Assembly: GCA_964514965.1 (NCBI GenBank) | Contig: CAZETV010000001.1 | Location: 603,063 to 635,062, forward strand | Source: Candidatus Hadarchaeota archaeon | GTDB lineage: Archaea; Hadarchaeota; Hadarchaeia; Hadarchaeales; Hadarchaeaceae | Direction of reading: 5' to 3' | Length of the DNA: 32,000 nt | In this document: positions 25,580-32,000 of the stretch, in pieces | Position numbering within the stretch: the stretch's first letter is position 1 | How the letters are laid out: each line of letters begins with the position of its first letter | The notes under the pieces: model-generated | The model's input: only the letters and a program-made list of their open reading frames with translations | What the model was told of the DNA's origin: nothing | The model's database searches: none | Position numbers and translations under genes: made by a program

Positions 25580-26152
25580 TCACCCACGAACTTTTTCTCT
25601 TTGTTTGTACCACTTGAAAAATGCTTCGATTGCACGAGCTCGATGAGAAAATTGATTCTTTTCGTCCATTGGTATTTCAGCAAAAGTCCTGCCGTCACCC
25701 TCGCTGGCCACGAAAATCGGGTCGAATCCAAAACCACTCGTGCCACGAGCTTCGAGCGTGATTGTGCCCTCAACCTTCCCTGTGAAGACCTCGGGTTTCT
25801 TACCAGGCTCGCAGTACCCAATGGCAGACCTGAACTCGGCTCTTCTATCCTTTTCCTCGCTCATGAGCTTCAACAAGCCCTCGTTACCCAATGTCCGAAA
25901 AACAAAGTTGGAGTATGGCCCCGGGAAACCCTGAAGAGCCCGAACGAATAACCCCGCATCCTCGGCGAAGCAGGGTTGTCTGATCAGGGCACATGCCTGC
26001 TGGACGCTCGGGCACACAACTTGTTCGAGCTCGTCCGCTTGAATCTCTATGTAGGGTGTGTCGCTGTGCTCAAGCTTAACGCCGTGCCTAACCGCGAGTT
26101 CGCTCACCTCCTCGAACTTGTGGCGGTTACTCGTGACGAAGATTAGTGCCAT
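25580..26152 (-). CDS. Non-canonical purine NTP pyrophosphatase (XTP/dITP diphosphatase, HAM1/RdgB family)
   Basis: MALIFVTSNRHKFEEV...AEDAGLFVRAL.GFPGPYS...GFGFDPIF...KNQFSHRARA are canonical ITPase motifs. Confidence 0.88.
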   Translation of the reverse strand: MALIFVTSNRHKFEEVSELAVRHGVKLEHSDTPYIEIQADELEQVVCPSVQQACALIRQPCFAEDAGLFVRALQGFPGPYSNFVFRTLGNEGLLKLMSEEKDRRAEFRSAIGYCEPGKKPEVFTGKVEGTITLEARGTSGFGFDPIFVASEGDGRTFAEIPMDEKNQFSHRARAIEAFFKWYKQREKVRG

Positions 26153-26811
26153 GCCCGCTCCTCCTTGGATACGTAACGCCCCCGACGCTCAACTTCTTCA
26201 ACTCTTTTGACCACTTCATTCGCACCCTCACCTAACTCTTGCTTATATCCAGCTAAAACCGCGCGGTAAGCCTCGTCGGTGATACGAAAATGGATACTTT
26301 GAAGTGCGCGTCTGAGCAAGTGTAGGTCCACCCCGCGGGCTTCGAGCGATGGGTTGTATTCACCAAGCCCAAAATCGACGAAGTAAATCTTGCCCCCGCG
26401 GGTCAAAATCATGTTCGATGTCGTCAGATCCCCATGCACGATGCCGGCGCGGTGCAATCTAGCGACTTGTTTGCCTATTAACTTACATAACCTCTGCCTC
26501 TCGGAAGATTTCAGCTTGTCGAGCACCAGCTTGACCTGCTTGCCTTCTATGAACTCCATCACAACCCGCATGTTCACGAGATCGACCTCAAATATCGTGG
26601 GAGTGGGTGTCCCGGCTTTTTTTGCATCTGCGAGCAACTTTGCTTCGAGCGCGGTTCTAGACTCGCGCAACTGTTTATCCAATTCAGAAACGCGGTAACG
26701 CTTCGAGATACGGTGCTTGACGATTACTCTGTTTTTATCTACGCGGTAGAGCACGCGCGAAAAGTCCTCGAGGTAGAGATTTGCCTCAGCTCCTTTTTTA
26801 AATAACACCAT
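26143..26811 (-). CDS. bud32: Bud32/PRPK atypical kinase (KEOPS subunit), standalone
   Basis: KKGAEANLY, VVKHRISKRYR, catalytic HGDLTTSNMIL, FVDFGL. The Shine-Dalgarno (SD) sequence GGTGGGAG lies directly upstream of the ATG. The 3' end overlaps the ITPase start by 10 nt. Confidence 0.85.
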   Translation of the reverse strand: MVLFKKGAEANLYLEDFSRVLYRVDKNRVIVKHRISKRYRVSELDKQLRESRTALEAKLLADAKKAGTPTPTIFEVDLVNMRVVMEFIEGKQVKLVLDKLKSSERQRLCKLIGKQVARLHRAGIVHGDLTTSNMILTRGGKIYFVDFGLGEYNPSLEARGVDLHLLRRALQSIHFRITDEAYRAVLAGYKQELGEGANEVVKRVEEVERRGRYVSKEERAWH

Positions 26812-26986
26812 CTCCCACCACCTACCACCGCTATTGATTCACATGTATAACTTAATGAAATCACCCTTGCGATTTATCTAGGCTACCCAGTCTGACTTAC
26901 TACACTCTAGGTTTTCGGTGGGAGTGGTTTAAGGGTAAAATACAGTTCGTTATTAACATGGGTCATCAACTGATAATGGGGGAAAA

Positions 26987-27295
26987 GTGAGGCAACGTCA
27001 CAGATACATCGCGTTCGAACTCATAGGCGACTCAAGCAAGAAAGACATCTCTTGGACAATTAACCAAGTTTTGCATGCCCGTGAACTGGAAGTCGACAAA
27101 ATGATGCTGAAACTCGTACATTACGACATTGACTCGCGACGAGGTCTGCTGCGCTGCGGCCATAAGCAGACCAACGAGGTCAAGGCAGCGATTTTGAGCA
27201 TTAAGAAGGTCAGTGGCAAAGAAGCATCGCTCGTGATTTTGGGCGTTTCCGGCACGATAAAGGCAGCAAAGAAGAAGTTCTTAGATCCCACTTGA
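26987..27295 (+). CDS. rnp2: RNase P protein component 2 (Pop5/Rpp14 family)
   Basis: GTG start. RQRHRYIAFELIG...GLLRCGHKQTNEVKAAI...VLGVSGTIKAAKKKF. It sits at the head of the exosome superoperon, as in other archaea. Confidence 0.75.
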   Translation: MRQRHRYIAFELIGDSSKKDISWTINQVLHARELEVDKMMLKLVHYDIDSRRGLLRCGHKQTNEVKAAILSIKKVSGKEASLVILGVSGTIKAAKKKFLDPT

Positions 27296-27364
27296 ACAAA
27301 GTATTAATAAATGCTCTTGCCTAGATGATATAGTCACGATCATCAATTAACAAGGTGTAAATGT

Positions 27365-28117
27365 ATGGCTTTTGTGCCACCTGGAGCAGGCTACGATAGG
27401 GCGATTACCATCTTCAGTCCAGATGGTAAACTATTCCAGGTTCAGTACGCCCAAGAGGCTGTGAAACGGGGCCTGACAGCCTTGGGCATCAAAGTAAATG
27501 AAGGAGTGGTTTTGGCTGCGGAAAAACGAGTTCGAAACAAACTAGTGGAGGAAGTGTCGATTGAGAAGATATTCCAAGTGGACGAGCATATCGGGGCTGC
27601 AGCTTCTGGGTTAATCGCTGACGCTCGCGTGCTGATAGATCACGCGCGTGTCGAGGCGCAGATTAACCGGTTGCGCTACGATGAGCCGATTAGCGTGCAG
27701 GCATTGGCGAAGCGTATCGGCGATATCAAGCAACTCTATACCCAACATGGCGGCGTTAGACCCTTTGGAGCTAGGCTGCTAATTGCTGGTGTCGACGTGA
27801 AGAGCGCTCATCTCTTCGAAACCGACCCAAGTGGTGTGGTTGCAGCGTACAAGTGCCAAGCAATAGGGGGCGGGGCCTCGACGGTTACAGAGTTCCTAGA
27901 GCATCACTATGATGATAAGATGTCGCTCAATGACGCGATTATCCTCGCTCTAGAGGCTCTACGAACTGTGACCGAAGGGGAAATTACCCCCGAGAAAGTA
28001 GAGATGGCAATCATCCCAAGCAAAAGTAAGCTTTTTAAGAAGTTGGGGTCCGAAGATTTGAATAAATACATAAAGAAAATGAGTCCCAAGCCGTCAGCCA
28101 AGCCCGCCAAGGAGTAG
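27365..28117 (+). CDS. psmA: Proteasome subunit alpha
   Basis: GYDRAITIFSPDGKLFQVQYAQEAVKRG is the hallmark alpha-subunit N-terminus. 250 aa. Confidence 0.94.
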   Translation: MAFVPPGAGYDRAITIFSPDGKLFQVQYAQEAVKRGLTALGIKVNEGVVLAAEKRVRNKLVEEVSIEKIFQVDEHIGAAASGLIADARVLIDHARVEAQINRLRYDEPISVQALAKRIGDIKQLYTQHGGVRPFGARLLIAGVDVKSAHLFETDPSGVVAAYKCQAIGGGASTVTEFLEHHYDDKMSLNDAIILALEALRTVTEGEITPEKVEMAIIPSKSKLFKKLGSEDLNKYIKKMSPKPSAKPAKE

Positions 28118-28123
28118 CGGGTT

Positions 28124-28816
28124 ATGGTACGGGTTGAGGATGCAGTTATCGCTAAGATGTCAAGTCATGGCACGGCTTTTGAAGTACTTGTCGACTCCGA
28201 GTTAGCCCTTGCTTTAAGAACAGGAGAAGAGGTGGACATGCATAACATGCTTGCAATCGACAAAATTTTTAAGGACTCCAAGAAGGGCGAGGCAGCCTCC
28301 GAGGAAATGATGCAGAAGGTATTCGGCACGCTCGATGTGTTTAAAATTGCTGAACAAATAATCCGAAAGGGCGAGGTTCAAGTGACCACCGAGCAGCGTC
28401 GAAAGATGCGCGAGCAACGGTGGCGACAGGTCGTGACTCTCATCTCGAAGCGGGCGATAAACCCCCAGACGGGTCTGCCCCATCCACCCGCGCGAATTGA
28501 GGGCGCACTAACTGAGGCCAAGGTACACGTCGACGAATCCAAGAGCGCTGAGGAACAACTCCCCGATATTGTAAAGGTGCTACTGCCAATTATCCCCTTA
28601 AAGTTCGAGACGCGAAGAATTGCAGTCAAAATTCCCGCAAGCTACACTGGCAAGGCCAACAGAGTGGTAAGGAACTTCGCTACTGTCAAGCAGGAACAGT
28701 GGTTAAATGATGGTTCTTGGGCCGTGGTCGTGGAAATCCCTGCTGGCATCCAAGGGGAGTTCTTCGAAACGCTTAACAATTTGACCCGAGGCGAAGTAGA
28801 AACGAAGGTGTTGTGA
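28124..28816 (+). CDS. SBDS/Sdo1-family ribosome maturation protein
   Basis: ...FEVLVDSELALALRTGEEVDMHNMLAIDKIFKDSKKGEAASEEMMQKVFGT.D is the FYSH-domain pattern. The position between psmA and rrp4 also fits. Confidence 0.87.
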   Translation: MVRVEDAVIAKMSSHGTAFEVLVDSELALALRTGEEVDMHNMLAIDKIFKDSKKGEAASEEMMQKVFGTLDVFKIAEQIIRKGEVQVTTEQRRKMREQRWRQVVTLISKRAINPQTGLPHPPARIEGALTEAKVHVDESKSAEEQLPDIVKVLLPIIPLKFETRRIAVKIPASYTGKANRVVRNFATVKQEQWLNDGSWAVVVEIPAGIQGEFFETLNNLTRGEVETKVL

Positions 28817-29509
28817 ATGCTTCACGTTCAAAATCGCGAACTGGTAGTGCCCGGGCAGCTAATCGCCGAGGGAAGCTACCAAGTTTACGAAGGCGCGTTT
28901 CTAGAGGACAAACATGTCTATGCATCGGTTGTGGGTCTCGCGGATGTGCGCGGGCAAAATATCCGAATCATCCCACTACAGGGGCGCTACATCCCGAAGG
29001 TAGGCGATGTGGTGATAGGGGTAGTTGTGGATTCCCACTACTCGGGCTGGATTCTCGACATAAACTCACCTTACACTGGAAATCTTTTTGTTTCAGATTT
29101 ACTGCGGCGAAAGGTTGACCTAGTTCGTGAGGATATCAGTCAATACTTAAGAATGGGGGATGTGGTGGTCGCAGGAATCAAAGATGTAAACGAGCGCATG
29201 CGGGTCCAGCTTGAGGCAGGCGAACCTGGGATGGGCCGGGTTGAAGAAGGCAAATTGGTTGAGATTTCGCCTATGAAAATCCCCCGTGTTATCGGACGAA
29301 AGGGCTCGATGCTCAAAACCCTTGAGAATGTCGGCGAGTGCAGGATCAAAGTCGGACAGAACGGACGGATAATGATTTTGGGAAAGAATCCGCGTATGGC
29401 CAACATCGTCATCGAGGCCCTACTCATGATCGAGCGCGAGGCGCACACTTCCGGCTTGACCGATAGGGTGCACCTTATGCTTGAAAAAATAAAATCAGGA
29501 GGGGAATGA
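28817..29509 (+). CDS. rrp4: Exosome complex RNA-binding subunit Rrp4 (S1 + KH)
   Basis: VVPGQLIAEG...YIPKVGDVVIGVV (S1) and ...KIPRVIGRKGSMLKTLE (KH GxxG). The ATG abuts the upstream TGA. Confidence 0.9.
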   Translation: MLHVQNRELVVPGQLIAEGSYQVYEGAFLEDKHVYASVVGLADVRGQNIRIIPLQGRYIPKVGDVVIGVVVDSHYSGWILDINSPYTGNLFVSDLLRRKVDLVREDISQYLRMGDVVVAGIKDVNERMRVQLEAGEPGMGRVEEGKLVEISPMKIPRVIGRKGSMLKTLENVGECRIKVGQNGRIMILGKNPRMANIVIEALLMIEREAHTSGLTDRVHLMLEKIKSGGE

Positions 29510-30232
29510 ATGGAAGAACATAAAAAACTCATTGTGGACGGCAAACGGCTTGATGGTCGCGCGCCGGATGAGTTAAGACCTTTGAAGATAGAGGCGGGCA
29601 TTTTGGAAAGAGCTGACGGTTCGGCTTATGTTGAGCTCGGAGCTAACAAGGTGCTCGCGGCAGTTTACGGGCCGCGGGAAATGCACCCACGCCACCACCA
29701 GCAGCCTGACACGGCGGTACTACGATGCCGCTACAACATGGCCCCGTTCTCAGTAGATGAGCGAAAGCGTCCCGGGCCCGATAGACGCTCGATAGAGATA
29801 TCGAAGGTGACACGAGAGGCTCTTGAGCCAGTAGTTTTCTTGAAACTCTACCCGAGATCGGTCATCGATATTTTTATCGAGATTCTGCAGGCTGGTGCTG
29901 GGACGCGCACCGCAGGCATAACCGCTGCAGCTGTTGCACTGGCTGATGCCGGCGTTCCGATGCGAGACATGGTTTCATCGATCGCGGTCGGAAAGGTGGA
30001 CGATACAATAGTACTTGACCTGACTAAGACAGAGGACCAAGAGGGAACTACTGACATGCCGATAGCAATGATCCCCAGGAAAAAGATGATTACACTACTG
30101 CAGATGGACGGCAACTTTACCGGAGAAGAGTTCAAACAAGCCCTGAACCTCGCATTTAAGGGATGTGAGCAGATATACGAAGCACAGCGGCAAGCGCTAA
30201 GAGACAAGTATGCAATAAAAAAGGAGGAATAA
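29510..30232 (+). CDS. rrp41: Exosome complex exonuclease Rrp41 (RNase PH-like, catalytic)
   Basis: [45 protein letters not shown] and ...[14 protein letters not shown]... are RNase PH signatures. Confidence 0.92.
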   Translation: MEEHKKLIVDGKRLDGRAPDELRPLKIEAGILERADGSAYVELGANKVLAAVYGPREMHPRHHQQPDTAVLRCRYNMAPFSVDERKRPGPDRRSIEISKVTREALEPVVFLKLYPRSVIDIFIEILQAGAGTRTAGITAAAVALADAGVPMRDMVSSIAVGKVDDTIVLDLTKTEDQEGTTDMPIAMIPRKKMITLLQMDGNFTGEEFKQALNLAFKGCEQIYEAQRQALRDKYAIKKEE

Positions 30233-30235
30233 AGC

Positions 30236-31006
30236 ATGGAAATGTACGGTATAGTTTCGAGCGTAAAGCGTGATTACATCGCCGACCTCGCACGCCAAGA
30301 CAAGCGTGTCGGCGCCCGGATGTTGGATCAGTTCCGGGAAGTATCGGTTGACTTTGGCCCAATCAAGAGTGCTCAAGGCTCAGCTCTCGTGAAGATTGGG
30401 AAGACACAGGTACTTGCTGGCGTCAAGTTGGAGCACGCTGAGCCATTTACCGACCGGCCGGATAGCGGGGTACTAATCGTCAACGCTGAGCTTTTGCCTT
30501 TAGCATCGCCCACCTTCGAGCCGGGGCGACCCGACGAAAATGCGATCGAGCTAGCTCGCGTGGTCGACCGAGGCGTACGTGAGTCGGAGGCAATCGATTT
30601 AGAAAAGCTGGCAATAAAATCTGGCGAGGACGTGTGGGCAGTATTCATCGATATTTACGCCCTCGACCACGACGGAAACTTGATAGATGCCTCGGCGCTT
30701 GCGGCAATCGCAGCGCTCCTGAATGTAAAGCTGCCTGAAGACGAGGCGTGGACGCTACCTGAGTTCCCGCTACAGGAAAAGCCCGTAGCGGTGACCATAG
30801 CGAAAATAAACGGCAAGTTGATGGTTGACCCGTGTCTGGACGAGGAAAGTGTGATGGACGCGCGAATAACCATAGCGACGATCGAGGATGGCAGCATATG
30901 CGCGATGCAGAAGGGTGGCATCGGGTATTTCTCGCGGGAGGAGCTAGAGCAGGCCTACGAGCTGGCCCTGGCGAAGGCAACAGAACTTCGAGCAAAATTG
31001 GGGTGA
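30236..31006 (+). CDS. rrp42: Exosome complex subunit Rrp42 (RNase PH-like, non-catalytic)
   Basis: RVGARMLDQFREVSVDFGPIKSAQGSALVKIGKTQVLAGVK... is a second RNase PH-fold gene directly after rrp41. Confidence 0.9.
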   Translation: MEMYGIVSSVKRDYIADLARQDKRVGARMLDQFREVSVDFGPIKSAQGSALVKIGKTQVLAGVKLEHAEPFTDRPDSGVLIVNAELLPLASPTFEPGRPDENAIELARVVDRGVRESEAIDLEKLAIKSGEDVWAVFIDIYALDHDGNLIDASALAAIAALLNVKLPEDEAWTLPEFPLQEKPVAVTIAKINGKLMVDPCLDEESVMDARITIATIEDGSICAMQKGGIGYFSREELEQAYELALAKATELRAKLG

Positions 31007-31010
31007 ACTT

Positions 31011-31277
31011 GTGCCTCATAAGAAGAAAATAGGCTCCATGGGCAAGTTCGGTCCGCGCTATGGAACAAAGATTCGAAAGCTCGCCCTAACGATAGATCAA
31101 AAGCTACAGCAGCGCTACAAATGTCCGAGCTGTGGAGGGCTAAAAGTCAAACGCATTAGCACTTCGATTTGGCAGTGCGGACGTTGCGGGGTGAAGTTTG
31201 CTGGCGCGGCCTACTCATTCTCAGCTCTGGCGCCCCCTACCGAAATGAAAAATTCTAGTGGGGTGGAGGAGAGTTAA
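31011..31277 (+). CDS. rpl37ae: 50S ribosomal protein L37Ae (eL43)
   Basis: GTG start. GSMGKFGPRYGTKIRK, then the zinc ribbon CPSCG...WQCGRCGVKFAGAAY. Confidence 0.88.
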   Translation: MPHKKKIGSMGKFGPRYGTKIRKLALTIDQKLQQRYKCPSCGGLKVKRISTSIWQCGRCGVKFAGAAYSFSALAPPTEMKNSSGVEES

Positions 31278-31409
31278 GTGTTAAAGTGCGGTAATTGTGG
31301 AATACTAATTGAGAAACTTCCCGAGGGGCGCGTACGCTGTCCTCAGTGTGGATCCCGCATACTGCATAAACCTCGCCAGGAGATTGTCCGTAAAATCAAG
31401 GCGAGGTAA
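31278..31409 (+). CDS. rpoP: DNA-directed RNA polymerase subunit P (Rpo12/RpoP); absent from the supplied ORF track because it is under 60 aa
   Basis: Hand translation from the GTG directly after the rpl37ae stop gives VLKCGNCGILIEKLPEGRVRCPQCGSRILHKPRQEIVRKIKAR, then a stop at 31407-31409. It has the CxxC...CxxC zinc ribbon and the expected superoperon position. Confidence 0.75.
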   Translation: MLKCGNCGILIEKLPEGRVRCPQCGSRILHKPRQEIVRKIKAR

Positions 31410-31940
31410 ATGCTGATTTCCACTTCTAGGAAATCAACACAATGTACGAGAATTTTATGCCGGGAACTCGCGCGGGTTCTCCCTGACGCGAAATATGTGC
31501 CGCGTGGGACGAAAACAATAAACAAAATAGCCTCACTTGCAGCCTCACTCGGCTATAATCGTGTGATGGTTGTAAGCAATCTCGGCGGGGGACCGATAGA
31601 ATTAAGATTTTTGGATGTGGGCAATGGCTGGCGATGGCTTGACGCATGGGTCGAGCTGGGCGAGGTCAAGCTCCAGCGAGATCTCGGGCAGAAAATCAAA
31701 CTAGAGAAGGTGAAGGTCTATGCCGAAGAACAAAAGGCGCGAAATCTTGCAAATTTTCTTGGTGAGTTATTGGGCCTAACTGTTTCAAGTGAACTGCCAA
31801 ATACCGGTGCTGTTGTCTTGATAACTTCCAACAACCAGCTTAGGCTCCAGTTACAGTTAAGGCCGAGTCCCGAGGTAATAGGACCGGTGCTGCAAATTAT
31901 GAGTTTTGGGAGATCACGTGGTAAAGACGAAACAAGCTAG
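31410..31940 (+). CDS. Brix-domain (Imp4/Rpf-like) ribosome biogenesis protein
   Basis: MLISTSRKSTQCTRILCRELARVLPDAKYVPRGTKTINKI is a typical archaeal Brix N-terminus. The position after rpoP fits. Confidence 0.75.
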   Translation: MLISTSRKSTQCTRILCRELARVLPDAKYVPRGTKTINKIASLAASLGYNRVMVVSNLGGGPIELRFLDVGNGWRWLDAWVELGEVKLQRDLGQKIKLEKVKVYAEEQKARNLANFLGELLGLTVSSELPNTGAVVLITSNNQLRLQLQLRPSPEVIGPVLQIMSFGRSRGKDETS

Positions 31941-32000
31941 CGCAACGGTCGAGTTCACCTTCCGAACCTCGCGCGAAGCAGGAGCAGTACAAAAGGCGCT
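31917..32000 (+). CDS. Second Pcc1-like (KEOPS Pcc1/Pcc2 family) gene, N-terminal fragment running off the window
   Basis: GTG 31917 overlaps the Brix gene end. Translation is VVKTKQASATVEFTFRTSREAGAVQKA..., showing the Pcc1 pattern of a strand followed by an s.reA..v.kAL helix. A COG2892/Pcc1 gene is expected at this superoperon position. Confidence 0.35.

Noticed and set aside
25232-25951. 239-aa plus-strand ORF antisense to rps15 and the ITPase gene, and the N-terminal extension of the rps15 ORF (25576-25821).
   Set aside because: Both overlap strongly supported genes. The antisense product is Ser-rich and low-complexity. The rps15 extension would run through the ITPase coding region, whereas ATG 25575 gives a normal-length uS15.
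26812-26924. Inverted 8-mers CTCCCACC (26812-26819) and GGTGGGAG (26917-26924) in the 175-nt Bud32/Pop5 spacer, considered as a possible structured ncRNA or C/D-box sRNA.
   Set aside because: The left copy is simply the Shine-Dalgarno sequence (GGTGGGAG) of bud32 on the minus strand. The loop would be about 100 nt. I found no correctly spaced C (RUGAUGA) and D (CUGA) box pair on either strand.
28813-31032. Alternative-frame and antisense ORFs across the exosome genes (28813-29118 +, 29140-29601 -, 29848-30237 -, 30373-30648 -, 30645-31019 -, 30655-30921 -, 30832-31032 +).
   Set aside because: All overlap strongly supported Rrp4, Rrp41 and Rrp42 frames. Their products are Ser/Arg/Pro-rich and low-complexity with no motifs.

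Overview
This window looks like a chromosomal segment from an anaerobic archaeon. I cannot place the lineage more precisely by eye. It is densely packed, with about 40 genes and spacers that are often 0-12 nt or overlapping, and most of it is housekeeping.

**Main gene blocks**
- A long minus-strand string at 1.2-9.7 kb: S3Ae, GlmM, GlmU-like, DUF2095-like, YchF-like GTPase, B12/radical-SAM enzyme, 2-hydroxyacid dehydrogenase, L15e and a COG1931 RNA-binding protein.
- serS, a RecJ/DHH nuclease, a PiT phosphate transporter with its DUF47 partner, dcd, a flavodoxin-like protein and a MarR-MATE pair.
- An anaerobic ribonucleotide reductase operon (nrdG, orf82, nrdD).
- A Bud32-ITPase-S15 operon.
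- At 27-32 kb, the classical archaeal exosome superoperon: Pop5, PsmA, SBDS, Rrp4, Rrp41, Rrp42, L37Ae, RpoP, Brix and a Pcc1-like gene.
- KEOPS genes scattered across the window (Kae1, Bud32 and two Pcc1-like genes).

**Least explained parts**
1. An AT-rich four-gene islet at 18.2-21.25 kb. It encodes a tail-anchored HExxH zincin fused to an AN1-type zinc finger, a small PD-(D/E)xK-like protein, and two adjacent paralogous DUF4145/HEPN-like helical proteins, one of them membrane-anchored. This is my best candidate for an undescribed defence or stress module.
2. An orphan wHTH-Panacea (DUF4065) fusion gene, divergent from nrdG. The shared promoter has one TATA element flanked by two near-identical GTTAC-N7-GTAAC palindromes.
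3. An 82-codon Cys-containing ORF translationally coupled inside the nrd operon.
4. Strongly GC3-biased codon usage in the nrdD core.

I recognised no rRNA, tRNA, CRISPR array, transposase or integrase. All family assignments come from motif recognition by eye and need HMM or structure confirmation.
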